Assembly (NCBI GenBank): GCA_052426225.1
Contig: JBNJNM010000010.1
Span: forward strand, 1,302,001 to 1,366,000
DNA length: 64,000 nt
Source: Zancudomyces culisetae HAW-14-8
Taxonomy: Eukaryota; Fungi; Kickxellomycota
Direction: 5' to 3'
Below the pieces are notes generated by a model that was not told the DNA's origin, did no database searches, and worked only from the letters and a program-made list of their open reading frames with translations. This document shows, piece by piece, positions 24,101-37,070 of this stretch. The position numbers were made by a program, and so were the translations under genes. How positions within the stretch are numbered: the first letter of the stretch is position 1; every line of letters starts with the position of its first letter.

Positions 24101-27100
24101 TCAACGACGGTTAATTCTATCTGAAATAAACGGCTTCCACTTATACTGTAGGACTATATCTTGATTAGATTTCCAAATATGTGATTTGATGGTCAATAGA
24201 GTGGTCAGCGGATCTTCAATCAAGAGATCCTTACAAAAAAAGTCTACAAATAGATATGATATTTTGTACAGACAGGCCTTGTGTGCTTCAGAGAGTGTTA
24301 CTGGATCAGATGAGCTCGAGCTTGCTGACACAGATACACCGGGTTGTGGTACAGACTGTTGTTCTAGGGTTGTGTTTTTAGACCCGGTAGCAGTGATAGA
24401 GGTTTTGTAAAAGGTACTAAGGCTCTTTGACAAGGAGAACGATGACAAGGTAGAAACAAGATTGGTGTGGTCCAGTATTTCCAAGGTATAAGCATCAGGT
24501 GGAGCAGAGTTCAAACTGGAGTTGCTGATTTTAGTAACTTTGATGTGTTTGTATAAAACTGCGGTTAAAGGAAAATCACTGATATCACTTAGAGAACGCA
24601 GAGCCAACCGTTCACCAAGTAAAATTTTGTTTTCAAGTTGCTCTAGTAGGAACTCATAAATGCAGTTTTCGTCTTTATTACCATTTGAATCGGTAGAACT
24701 CACATCCGTTTCTTTTGTTGTGGAGTCATCAAGATCCAGAGACAAATCCAAAGTAATACAGTCCTCCGAGGTGATGGTGTTTTTGTTTTCGATAACAGCA
24801 CTTACAGCTGCTAATAAATGAGCGGCCAAGGAGGTTAAATATGCGAGAGGGAAAGGGGCATGTTCCAAGACAGTAAATATGTACTCGGAAACTTTTAAGA
24901 CTCTAAGCATCTGGTGAGAAGATAACACGTTGTATTTGTGATCCAGCACTGGAAGTTGGAGTGGTGAGGGATATGGTCTCAATGTAAAATTCAGCTTTGG
25001 CGAGGGAGTAAAGAAGTACGAAAGTCTGTTGTGGAGAAGAATTTCGTGTGTCCATGAAGACAAACTCAAGGCCAAAGTAAAGTAGGGGCTGTCAGATACA
25101 ATATGTTTTGCAAATATGGGCAGTTTGGTGGTGAGATTTGAGAGGGGGGCAAAGTAGATACACTTGGGAATTACTGAGTTCAGAGTGTATGTTTGGTAAA
25201 CAGCAATTTCGATATTTTGTGGCATTGGATGGATTGGATACATTGCAATGGCTCTAGTAGTGGGGGAGTGTGCCGAATTCAAAGCATAAGGTGGATTTTG
25301 GGGTTCGCATATGGACCTAGCAACACGCTCAATCATTTCAAGTTCAACAATATTTTTATAAACTGGTTTTTCCGATCTGTGCAATGACGAATTTTGATTA
25401 CTAGGTAAAACCACATAAGTATCCGCATCTGCATTTGCGTCCGTATTTACACTAGCATTTGCATTTGTATTTGTATTCAAACTGTTACCTTGAGGTGCGG
25501 CTGTTCCTTTTATGTTTTTAGATGCAGTAGCGGTCGGTGACGCGCTTTTTTTACCAAATGTATCCGCAAAGCCTGGTTGCTTGGCTGCATTCCCGTTGTG
25601 GTTTGGAGGAGAGGTTTGCTTTTGCACTTTTTTCTTTTGCTTGAACCCAAAAATCTTGGAGAAAAAGGATTTAGCACTGCCTTTTCCCTCGCTCGATTCG
25701 CTGCTGTTCTGTGTTTTGGCAGCCTGTGCTTCCGTGATTAGAGCCAACTGGGCCTCGGTGGGCACAGTCGCCAAATCAACAGTATAATCAAACAGGTGTG
25801 GATACAACGATGAGCCTGTGTAGGCTTTCTGGATCTCAGAAACAGTGCTTTGATCACCTAGTGGATTTTTCAATACCCATTCACTTAACGAAGATACGGT
25901 TTCAATACTGTTTTTTTGAAATACGCAGTTGTTAAACAGGCATTTGATGACCCAGGGAAGAAGATATATGCGTTCGTACCCAGCATTTAGCATTTTCTCT
26001 TTTGCTTCATGGTCGATATTATCCAGTTGATCCAGATAAACCTCAGTATCTACATTGGTATTCTTGCTTAAATTGATGGAAACAGTGAGCCTTCCAAGCT
26101 TGGTATCTAGAGTACACCACGTTGGAAGCCTTTGGACTGGTTGGTTCAAGGAATCAGCCAAAAGATCGAGGTCAGCTCCCCATTGACTTCCAAAGATTTT
26201 GATACATCTAGCTTCTATCAAATCCCACAATGATATCACACCCTTAGCATCAACAGCCAGCACTTGTCGTTTGTTCTGCAGCATAACATACTTGCGAATA
26301 CCCGGAGGCCCGTGAATTGAGAGTATTGGCTTTGTGCCATCCCGATGTTCTGGAGTACCAATTACCTGTGATTTTGTCTCTGATTTTGCGTCTAGCTCTG
26401 GTTCAGATTTACCAGATTTACTATCCACCACTTGGTTCTCCTTTATGTCTGCTTCTTCATCTTCAGGAACATTGTATACGTCTGGCTTTTCAAAAGCGGC
26501 TGACGGTTCTTTGTATATTTCAGTGTGAATACCTGTACCATGTGCTTCCAAACGATTAATATCATTTGAATCTCGCCAACAGTTTAACTCGGGTCCATTA
26601 GTTGCCGTCCAGACACAGCCACCTTGAGAAGCTATTTGCAATACTCCGTATTTTTCTTTACCAAGCGCCAGGCTTATATCTAATTCCTCAAATGTCTTTG
26701 TTTTCATTATATTACCCTCCTTATCTCCAGAATAAAACACCTCTAACCGAGGGTCCAAGGACATCAGGGACCAAACTGAAGAGGCGTGCAGAGAGTATGT
26801 GGCAATACATCGTTTGTTTTTGATAGACCATAACTTGACAGATTTGTCGGAAGAACCGGTTAAAAGAAGCTCACCATCTTTAGACAACAAAACCGTGTTG
26901 ACGCGATCAGTATGGCCTACCAAGGTTCCTGTACTCGCTTTAGATCTTAAATCCCATAATCCAACAGTCTTATCGGTTGTTGCATATGCAACAACAGTTC
27001 CTGCACAATTACAGTCAAGTGCATATATAGAACTATCTAAGCCCAAACTCTGGACTGGATTCCCCGTCTGGTTCATTTTTCCGTCTCTGTTTACATCCCA

Positions 27101-27976
27101 TACATGAATGTACGAGTCCAACCCACCACTTATGAGCCTTTGTGAATCTTCACAGAATTTCAGCGTCTTTATGTAGTCTTCGTGTGATCCGATGTGACTA
27201 ATTGTACTGCTTCCTTCGTTATCGAATGGCGTCCACAACCTGATTCCAGAATCAGAGGAACCAGATATAACTATATTTTGATGATTTTTTTTTAAATATG
27301 TAAATACAGAGTTTCAATAATAGTACGAGATATGTTGAAATACAGTTAAGGAAAACGACGCTACCTTTTCTACCTCCATCGATAGCCAGCACGCTATTCA
27401 CCCAATCAACATGGTGCGATGATTTTTGGAGACATTTAATTTTCTATATCATATATTTAGTAGAAAAATTTTAACTTGAAGATAGAGATACCAGATATAG
27501 TTACCGTGTAAAACGTGTGAGTATATAAATGCAATTACCTTTTTGTTTTCATAGTCTTTTCCAAGACCCCACATTTTCACAGCACCATCGCGGCCGGCGG
27601 TAAACATCAAATTTTCGAAGCATGTGTTGTCGTCGATTCCACATTGTTCGTTTAGATTGATATCCTGGGGGATATCGGAAACAAAGATTGAGTTGACACC
27701 CAGTACATGACCCTCATTGGTCGAGTTTTCTGGATGAGTTGTGTGGGTTCCAGATGAAAGGGGCGACTGAGATTGTTGTCCGAGTTGTGTGTACGAATCT
27801 AGAGGAATTGTGTACGACAGTATCCTGCTTTTGGGCTTGGACATTTGAACTCTTGGTGGTGTATTCACCACTTTTACCGGCTCCGGGGCGCTGTAATCAT
27901 ATTGGTATCGTCCTGGTTTTAAGACATGAATCTGGTGGTTTTTTGATGCTGAATAGTTGGCATAGGACACCGACAT
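24101..27976 (-). CDS. WDR48: UAF1/WDR48 (Duf1/Bun107-like) deubiquitinase activator, ~1228 aa; exons 27976-27539, 27443-27365, 27270-24101
   Basis: FTAGRDGAVKMW, HHVDWVNSV, SGSSDSGIRLW, GSHEDYIKTL, GHTDRVNTVLLS, LHASSVWSL, PTWCTLDTKLGRLTV and a C-terminal SUMO-like domain (MLRVLKVSEYI...TLLTIKSHIWK). An alternative start at 27844 is possible. Confidence 0.88.
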
Positions 27977-28622
27977 TGTGTTTTGTGCAATACGAATTCT
28001 TTGATTGGTATTTTTCACTATTTCAGTCGTCTATCTATCGATTAAATTTTGGCTTTGACTATGTATACAGGAGATTTGAGTGTTAGTAAAAAAGAAAGGA
28101 GTAAAAGTAATTTACAATATTAAGACACTAAAATGATTTTGCTAGTACCAGTTTGGGTTTGACAATATGAAGAAAAAAAAGTCAAGAAAGTGTAAAAATA
28201 AACCTTCTGTAGTATATTTCCAATATCTTGTAAAACGAAAACAACTGGTTCAAAAAAAAAATTGGTGGGAAACAAATCCAAGCAGTCTTGCAGAACTAGT
28301 GTTTTAGAAAGTACTATTTTGTGTTTTAAGATATCCCTTATTATTCTTTACTCTTTTTCGTCTTTTTTTTTAATTGTGGTTAGAGTAGTCGTAGATTTAT
28401 TAGCGCTCGGGGTGTTTGTTATAAGTGTTTAGTTGATCGAATAATAATCATGAATAAAGGAAAAAGAAAAAACAAGGAAAAAAAAAAGGGCGACCATCAG
28501 TGAAAAACTTGAAGCAGTCTACAATGTTGAGATTTATTTATCCCCTGTAGTTAATTTAATCAGTTGCAAATTTAACTATTTAATGGGGAAATTAAAAGGA
28601 AACCAGCGATGATGTGGAAGGA

Positions 28623-28665
28623 GAGTGATGAGTGATGAATGATGAGTGATGAGTGGTTGAATGGT
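28623..28665 (+). repeat. Imperfect 7-bp tandem repeat (GAGTGAT)n in the divergent UAF1-Bin3 promoter
   Basis: gagtgat gagtgat gaatgat gagtgat gagtggt tgaatggtga. Confidence 0.7.
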
Positions 28666-28961
28666 GACTGGTAAGTTAGATTGTAAGGAGGCGAATGATT
28701 AAAGTTTAATGGTAAAATTAAGGAGAATTAATCCAAAGAAGCAGGGAGGCTTTGTAAAACAAAAAAGATTTAGTGCCTATATACGTAAACTTGTGATTAT
28801 ATTTTGTAATTTTGTTCTAATCTTTAGTCATATAAACGCATATTTGATAAACTGCGAGCAAAAATAAATTGGTTTTGATTTCAAAAAGGGGAAAAAAAAA
28901 TATAAACAAATAAACAAATCTTCAGTCGTGAAATTTCTTAAACCACTTTATGAAGCAATAA

Positions 28962-29003
28962 AAAATGCTGAAAATACTGCAAATACTGAAAATGCTGAAA
29001 ATA
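28962..29003 (+). repeat. Imperfect 9-bp tandem repeat (AAAATRCTG), ~4.5 copies
   Basis: aaaatgctg aaaatactg caaatactg aaaatgctg aaaata. Confidence 0.75.
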
Positions 29004-29206
29004 TAGCCCACTATTTTTTTCCAAGCTTTATTTTTCTCCTCCCAAGTAACTCCCGCTGACTCCACCCATCTCACCTCCAGGAATCTAAAATAATAGAGTT
29101 TGGGTGAATTACAAAGATCACTCGTCAATAATTACATGCTATGAATAAAGCTACATTGTAAATAAACAAAAAAAGCTAGGAAGAAAACAATAAAGAAAAG
29201 CAAAAA

Positions 29207-30424
29207 ATGCCAAAAAATGGCCATGGGAGCAATCGTAGGGACAAACAAAAGAAAAAAGGCACGCAACGTGCGGAGGAGTATCGGTATGGAAACTATCCAA
29301 ATTACTACAGCAAGAGAAAGGCTGCATTCAAAACGCTGAATCCTGGAAAGCGAGGTCCGAGTACAGGCGGTATAGGTGAAAACAAGACACGGGACAATCA
29401 AGAACAAGCTCAACCTTCATTGCAGACCAGGATGGATTTGGATTCGGACTTAGATTTAAATTTGGATTTAAATAAAGAATTAGACCAGAATATATTAGAA
29501 AACTGTACAACTAGCAGTGATCCCAGGATAGAAACACTGCTAAACATTCGAGTCACAACAACTCCGCAGTCTAGCAATACCGGATGCTCCAACAACAAAT
29601 TGTTTGCGAATAAAATAGCAAAGGTCTTGGATATCGGTTGTAATACCGCCGCAGTAGCGATCGAACTGGCCAAACGTACCAATATACAACGGATTATTGG
29701 TGTGGATATCGATAATAGCCTGATTCGTACTGCTAGACAAAATCTGTATTTTGAGAATTCATTAACTCGGCCGCTAATAAACCAAAAAAAAAGTGCTGTT
29801 AGTAAAAATGAACAAGAACAGGATAGGGAGTGGGAACGTGATGAAAAGAGGTGCTATGAAGATGAGCACTATCCAATTTCTATGCCAATATTGTTTGGCA
29901 CCATTCCGCACCAACACGGCCAAAATTCAACAAACAATTCGTTGGCGGATCGCGTGTTTCTATATGCAGCCGATTGGGTTAATGACGACACTACATGGCT
30001 AGACAACACCAATAATCAAGAAGCAGATGTTTCTGGAAATGGAGGGGAGGGTGATGAACAAGGTAGCAAAGACAAGTATGATGTTATAATGGCACTCAAT
30101 GTTAGCAAGTGGATTCACCTGAACAATCTGGATGAAGGGATAATAAAGTTTTTTAAAAAAGTGTATAATAGTCTAAAGGAAAGCACCGATATTGGTGGTA
30201 GTAGTGGATACTTTATTTTTGAACCACAAGATTGGAAAGGGTATTATAAAGCTAGCAAAACCAATTCAGAGTTGCGCCAAAATTACCATCAACTAAAAAT
30301 CAGACCCGAAGATTTTCCAAAGATTTTAGTTAGTAGTGAGATTGGTTTCAAGAAATTCAAGGTGTTAAACCAAACTAGTAGTAATAAAGGATATGATAGA
30401 CCTATATATTTATTTTATAAATAA
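29207..30424 (+). CDS. Bin3/MePCE (Bmc1-like) RNA methylphosphate capping enzyme, 405 aa
   Basis: YRYGNYPNYY, DPRI, VLDIGCN, GVDIDNSLI, YDVIMALNVSKWIHLNNLDEGI, FEPQDWKGY and GYDRPIYLF are Bin3-family hallmarks. Confidence 0.93.
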   Translation: MPKNGHGSNRRDKQKKKGTQRAEEYRYGNYPNYYSKRKAAFKTLNPGKRGPSTGGIGENKTRDNQEQAQPSLQTRMDLDSDLDLNLDLNKELDQNILENCTTSSDPRIETLLNIRVTTTPQSSNTGCSNNKLFANKIAKVLDIGCNTAAVAIELAKRTNIQRIIGVDIDNSLIRTARQNLYFENSLTRPLINQKKSAVSKNEQEQDREWERDEKRCYEDEHYPISMPILFGTIPHQHGQNSTNNSLADRVFLYAADWVNDDTTWLDNTNNQEADVSGNGGEGDEQGSKDKYDVIMALNVSKWIHLNNLDEGIIKFFKKVYNSLKESTDIGGSSGYFIFEPQDWKGYYKASKTNSELRQNYHQLKIRPEDFPKILVSSEIGFKKFKVLNQTSSNKGYDRPIYLFYK

Positions 30425-30512
30425 AGAATAATTGTGTAAATAAATAAAGATAGAAAAAAAGAAAGGAAGGAATGAAATGGAATGGGAAAGGGAGGGGGGT
30501 GAGAAATAGATT

Positions 30513-33500
30513 TTATTGTTGGTGGTGGTGGTAATAAGAAGGATAAGGTGCAGTATGAGGAGGTGGCGGTGGCGGTGGTTGATGATGGTAATTATGATGG
30601 TGCTGTTGATGTTGCTGTTGATGTTGAGAAGGTGGAGGAGGAGGTGGTGGTGGATGATTATAATGAGAAGAAAGTTGTTGGAAAGGTCTAGTAGGAGCAG
30701 AGTTTTGGTTTGCAGAAGAAATATTAGCAGCAATAGTTTTGAATCCATTGATTAGAGTGCCAACATTTGGATATCTACCACGATCACCCAGGCAAAACTC
30801 ATTAGGACGAACTTTTATAACCCATTTTTTGACAAGCGCAGCTTTGGGATTGGGTTTGAAATGGATGGCCAAACACCCAGGGTTTTCATAATCCAAGGCT
30901 AGCAAATAACTGCCAGTTCCAGTTGCCCGACTTGCATTGTCTAGATGCCGCTCAATTCGTGACACATACCGCTTAGCGTGGCGAGCCAAACGGTCCTGCA
31001 TTGCTTGTGCAGACTCGTTTGGATCGGAAGGATCAGGATCAGCCGGTTGCTCTGGGTGTGAAGACGATTGATGGCGGTATGAAGGATCTGTATCGGGATT
31101 GTAAAACTTGGGATAACGTCTCGCCTCCTCAAACTTCCGAATCAATGGGTCCAGATATACACCTAGCAATTCATCAAGATCCGAAAACTTTTGATTGCGT
31201 ACCATCAGAAGCCGGCCTAGAGCCAGCTCGTTATTGTTGGGCTTGTCGGATTCCTGCACACTAATGTGATGGTACAGTCCGGGCGCAATTTTCCAAGTAA
31301 TGGTAAGGTAGCTGTGACCCAAGGACGATGGCCTGATAACACATTCGCCAACTTTACGACGCTGAAGGAACTTCTCGGCCTGGCGACTGTTGAACTGTTT
31401 AAACAATGGATGTGGAATGGACCGCTGCATCATCTGCGAAATCTGCTTTTCCAAATTGTTTTTGGAGCGACAGATACTGTCAGCCTCAAAGTCAAAGTAG
31501 CGATCAAAAAAGTCCTGTGGTGGTTGATCGAGAACAGCCTTGGCGGCCTGGAGATCAGATGGCTTGGTGGACAGATCAACAGTAAGCTTATCGAAATCAA
31601 TTTTCTTTACAACGGCAGTAATGGTCTCGCCAACACTCAACTCATCTGAAACAACATCAACGCGACGATCATCAATGTTGGCAACATTAAGGAACCCGTC
31701 GATGCCCGAATCCAGTCGAGCAATGGCAAATTTGTCGCGAATGCGTGCTACCTGGGCCACGACTATTGTCGAACCATCCTCACGCAAAGTATCGCCAATC
31801 GACTCGCCACTCAGCATCTCAAAGACGTCCTTGGGGTCAGGATCGCGGTAAATATGGCGGGAATCGGCATAGGGATGTTGTAACTCGCGCTTGATAAACC
31901 GCAGACAAAACAGCTTGGATACAGACAGTCGTTTTTCCAATTCCATGGCGTATTCACTCAGAATCAGATCATCTAGCTTTTCGGGTGCTCGTTTCATAAC
32001 CTCAGCGACATACCTAGATGGCCCATCGTCATACTTTCTCCGGTTGCGCGAGTAGTTGTGATCATCGTCATCGTCATCTTCAACATCTAATGCATCAGCC
32101 GCCATTTTGCGAGCCAAATCATAATCTTCGGGGTGGATTCGGGTGCTATCTAAAATATCGCTTTGGGCTGGCCAAACTCGCAGAAACGATGCGCAATTGA
32201 CAAATATATTTTTGGTTACCAGTTCTCGGTAGATAAGATCGCTTCGTGACTCGATCAGCGACGTTCCAGCTGGTCCAGATAGTGCATTTAATATCAGCTG
32301 GGCCTTGCGTGGCCCCAATCCACACACATACGACAACGTCTTTTGCTTGTGTGGGCTCTGAGCAATATCATTGATGTTGACTCCTGCTGCATTTACAGCA
32401 ATAATCAACTCGCGCTCCAGAAACGCCCACCGTCGATCCACCGGAACCAATCGTTGGGACCGATGCAGCAAAAGCCCCAACAACTCTCTGTCTGCTGCTA
32501 CATACTCTGCCAATACATCCTGCAAGCATCTACCAACACTCATTGCATATCGTTCGGCTGCTGACAAGTGAGGAAACTCTTGCATTGCTCTTTCGCTGTT
32601 GTAATATAGCCTGGCCAGTCTGTCTGGTGCTAGTGTTACATGAATCTCATCACTGGTAAGCGCGGTGTGGTTTTCAGTAATCCGCTTTACATCTTCCAGG
32701 AGTCGAAAAGTCGATGGTTCCATTCCAGCAACCGCAACTACGTCTGGCTGTCTTCTCTCCAGAATCAGCCGCAGGTCCTCAGATCCATCATACCGCATGT
32801 TGTTGCCTGATATATCATTTGCCATTCCTCGCAGCGTATCTGCAACTCGATGCTCTACATATCTCCCATGGTCATCTATAAACACTATTCTAATCGCTCC
32901 TCTTCCTATACCAAACCCTCCTCCCACAACCACCACAACTCTTGGAGTGTCGTTAACACTCATCCGGCTGGTTCGTAGTGGCTGTACATCTATATGTGCT
33001 GCCAACTCTCGACCGCACTGCTCGCTCACGTATGTTTCTGCCTCTACCCGCAACTTGTCTATCAACCACTTTTGTGACATTGGTATTAAATACCGCAAAA
33101 CTGCATGCCGCAGACTCCTAACTCGCAGTGCATTCCACCCTTCTGCTGCCTCATGTACCGAGTCTGAGCACAAATGCACCTGCATCCCTCGCACCAATGT
33201 CTCCACTACATTGCTTCGCTCTGCCGCCCAACTCTTCTCCTCCTCCTCCCCTTCCTCTGTTTGCCCCTCTCCACCTTTCTCTGCCTTGAATCGTCTATGA
33301 GGATCCAATGTCAGTCCATAGCTCAGCAGCCCTTCATTTTCCGCCTTCAAGATCTGCAGGAATTGCACTGTCTTTGCAAATTCCCGTACTGGTTTGGGTT
33401 TCAAATACTTGAACGCATAATAACTATGGTCTCTTCCTCTAATCTCCACCTCTCCTTTTGCTGTAGGCCTCACTCTTATATGTCCTTCTCTGCTCAGCTT

Positions 33501-35509
33501 TGTTCGTACATACTTTCTGACGTTTGGTTCCATCGCCAACGTCCGTGCAAAGCTTTCCTCTATCTGCTGCATCACTATCTTGTCGCTACCCAGCTCTGGG
33601 TTTTGTTCTACAAATTGTGCAATCCGCTCCTCTGGCACTAGTTGCACCTCACTGTCGTCTACAAAATGTCGACCTAATCCTTGCAGATTATATCCAAACT
33701 CGCGTGCTGTAATACCCATCTCATCTTTTACAAATCCTCGGATTTTACTGTTTTCCACTCCCTTTGCCCGCTGACTTTGCGTTGGTTTTTTGTACATCGA
33801 TGCCTGTCTTGCTCCTCCGTTACCCTCTAGAACATGTCGGAACGTACTTTGTACCCAATCCTCCAGATCCACCAACTCTTCCGTGTCAATCGCCACATCC
33901 AACATCTGTACTAAATACTCCTTATCCTCTCCGCTCCACTCTCCAGCATTCACCACCCGTGCCACCTGTGCCATCAACTCCAATCGCTTGGCTAAAATCC
34001 CTCTAAACTGCGTATCCATGTCATAAAGCATCCACAAATCCCTCTGTGTAAGCCACTCCCTTACTTGTTCTCCATCCCCTGATTCTGACGTTTCAAACAA
34101 ATCCTTTCGATGTGTATATATAAATGGCACCTCCATAAACTCTTGACTCATCAGCTTCAGCACTGATAACACTGCTGCCAAGAATCGTTCGTGCCCCATA
34201 ATCGCTCGGCTGGGTCCTTGATAATGCTCTCCTTCACTCTTTCTATTCAGCTGTCTCAGTATCCATGTTGTCTCTTCCTCGATCTCTTCATCACTCAGCT
34301 CTCTTCTATATATCTGGGCTCCTGATCCTCGTTCTTGCAGCCGCTCGGGACAATCTGTAACCCTAATTTCTTCATCTTTAGTTGTCAACATCTTGGCCTC
34401 AATTTCTGCTGGCTCAAATACTCTATCCAATATCCCTTCTTTTTCTACTACCTCATCCTCTGGTCTTCGCTCCTCCATTGCAAAATCATACTCTGTGCCA
34501 TCGCCAAATATTTCCAACAGATCATACATTGTATCTTCATCAAGCCCCTCCATTATCTCATCTCCAAATCCTCCCCAGTCTGCTCTCCCCCTCTTTGGTC
34601 TCTCTCTTTCTCTCTCCCTTCCCCCTTCTTCTCCCTCACTCTCATCTTCAATAAAATCTTCCAACCCTTCCTCCCGTCGCTCCCTTCTTCCTCTTTGCCT
34701 TCTCGCGTCCTCTCTGCCCCTTCTTCTGCGCTCATCTTCCCTATCATCTTCCTCTTCCTCTTCGTCATCAAATAAGCCCAAATCCTCTCGCCTACCTCTA
34801 CCCCGTCCCCTTCCGTACTCTTCGTCGTCACTTCCCCTCCTTTCACGAGCGCCCCTGCGCATCCTCCCTCCTCCATCCTCTTCATCCTCCTCAACTTCCT
34901 CTTCGTCTTCCTCTCTCACCCTTTTTCGCTTCAGTTTTCTTTCATTCTCCTCTTCTCCTTCACTATTGTCACTCTCTACTTTCTTCTTGCCTCTTCTCAG
35001 CAATCTTCTCCCTCCTTTATCTCCGTGCATCACGCGAATCCCTGTGTTTTCTTGAACTAGTTCTAGATCATCTTCATCCAGTTCCTCATCTTCCCTTTCT
35101 CTCTCTATTATTTTACATCTCAAATCTTTGAATATGATTTCATTTCTAGATTTACCCATTCTTCAAATATTTTCAAACACTAGTAGCAACAGACATGCTC
35201 TCTTTACTTACCTTGATTTTCTCTTCGTAATCTCCTCCTCTCCTCTCGCCTGCGCTTTCTCTCCTCTCTTCTACGCTCTCTATCCTCTCTATCCTCCTCA
35301 CTTTCATTTTCCTCATCATCCACTATAAACCCGCTTTTTCGGAGCTCCTCTTCCCCTGCCTCCTCATCCTCAAGATCCTCCTCTTCTTCCTCATCTATTC
35401 TCTCGGTATCAGAATAATCCCCTTCTTCTTCCTCTTCCTCGTCATTATTGTACCGTATGACATCTTCGTCCTCTTCGTCCTCCTCATGTCTTCTTCCATC
35501 CCTTGCCAT
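30513..35509 (-). CDS. SPT6: Transcription elongation factor / histone chaperone Spt6, ~1629 aa; exons 35509-35212 and 35104-30513
   Basis: Acidic N-terminus, FEPAEIEAKMLT...DCPERLQ, EVPFIYTHRKD, YqgF/HhH (VCGLGPRKA), LDSTRIHPEDYDLARKMAADAL, S1 domain and tandem SH2 (IRPSSLG...TITWK). Phase-1 intron 35211-35105. Confidence 0.96.
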
Positions 35510-36683
35510 TTTAAACTTTTTTTGTTGTTCTTCCCTACTTTACTTTTTGAAATCCTTTTGTACTTTTGTACAGCTCAACCCTCGACTTTTACCAGATAAA
35601 ATAGATACCACTCTTCTTATTGTTTCTTATTTGCGTTGGTTCGTCTACAAACCCCTAGAAACTATCTGTGTCTATCGAGTCTTTTTACGTGGAATTATAA
35701 CAGTCCTTTTTTTTTAGTTTTGACTAGTATTTTAGATCTTAATCAAAACAAAAAAGTTCGACCCATTTGATTATTGATTCTAATTTATGTATGCCACAAA
35801 GTATCGTGTACTCTCTTAATTCTTGACCCTTGGTTCTATCAATCTTGCCTCCAAAAAATCTTTATTCAATTACATCCAGATAAATTATACCCCTCTTTTT
35901 CTTTTTCTTTTTTTTCTTTAATGTTTATCCGTAACTATTTTGGATGTAACAAATTAACTGCTAAAAAAAAATTTACAATTAAAAAAATTTACGCTATACT
36001 TAAACTGGGAATAAAAAAAAAATATCAATGCGAATCTGGCTATTTTTTTTTTACAATCTTTGTTTATTTTGTGTTGAATGTATTGATTTCGTGTTTTAAA
36101 CTCGCCAAAGCAACTATCATAAAAAATTCAACTCTCTTTGAAGTAAAAAAAGGTTATTTATGGATCTGTAGATATAGCCGTAAACAAAAAGAGTATGCTT
36201 TAAACTATTCAAAACCACTTGGCAACTGATATAATATACCCATACCCAGTGCAATACTTTATGTTTTATTTGTGTGCATGCTCACAAGATATTATTTGTG
36301 CTGAGCATTAGTAAGATAGTTTAATTATCCTTTTTCACACCCCTTCACCATCCAGTATTTAAAACACCAATTTATACCCAGTTAACTCATACAAGCTTTA
36401 TCTCTGAAAGTTCAAATCAAGACCATTTCACAGTATTCTCTATATTATGCCAAGGATACTTCTTTAGTATTTATTTTAGGACTGTTTTCATGTAGTGTCC
36501 GTATTCCACTCCATGTACACATTCCAGATGCCAACCATGACATATTTTATTCACTACTACACTCAAAATACTGTACAAATTCATTTGCAAATCCCCTCTA
36601 ATAAACTATCAACTAAAATTAAATAGATATACCACAAAAAGTTTCGATAACATCACAAAAGTGCAAAAAATGCCAAAAGATTG

Positions 36684-36766
36684 TGATTAGAGTGGGATTC
36701 GAACCCACGCCTCCGGAGAGACCGCGGCCTTAACGCGGCGCCTTAGACCAACTCGGCCATCTAACC
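36684..36766 (-). tRNA. tRNA-Leu (AAG anticodon)
   Basis: Reverse complement GGTTAGATGGCCGAGTTGGTCTAAGGCGCCGCGTTAAGGCCGCGGTCTCTCCGGAGGCGTGGGTTCGAATCCCACTCTAATCA: A/B boxes, long variable arm, downstream TTTT. Confidence 0.97.
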
Positions 36767-37070
36767 ATACTTTTTGAAAAAAAGTTTACATAAATATATA
36801 ACTAGTTTATTATTTATACTTACTTTTTGACAAATGATTGAGTTTTTGATTGGCTTAATCTCAAAATTATTACCTAAACAAGTCCAAACAGATCAACAAT
36901 TTTATTATATAAATCACATGTATCTGTGGCATAAAAATGAGGATGAGAGGCTAAACTAAACATCTATCCAGAAACATAAAAGTAAAACTTTTCCTTGAGC
37001 AAAGACACCTTTGGCTACAATGAAAAAAAAAAACACAGCTCCATTGTCCACCCACTCAGTGTGGGTCAAT

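Noticed and set aside
34335-35055. Antisense ORFs over SPT6 (and similarly over GAPDH 41128-41745, CLA4 62050-62673, Ran1 and COP1)
   Set aside because: These are shadow frames caused by codon bias and low-complexity sequence of the real genes.
35774-36229. 151-aa ORF upstream of SPT6 (also 42928-43344 and other short intergenic ORFs)
   Set aside because: F/K/I-rich translations of homopolymer-rich intergenic DNA, often with non-ATG starts and no recognisable motifs.
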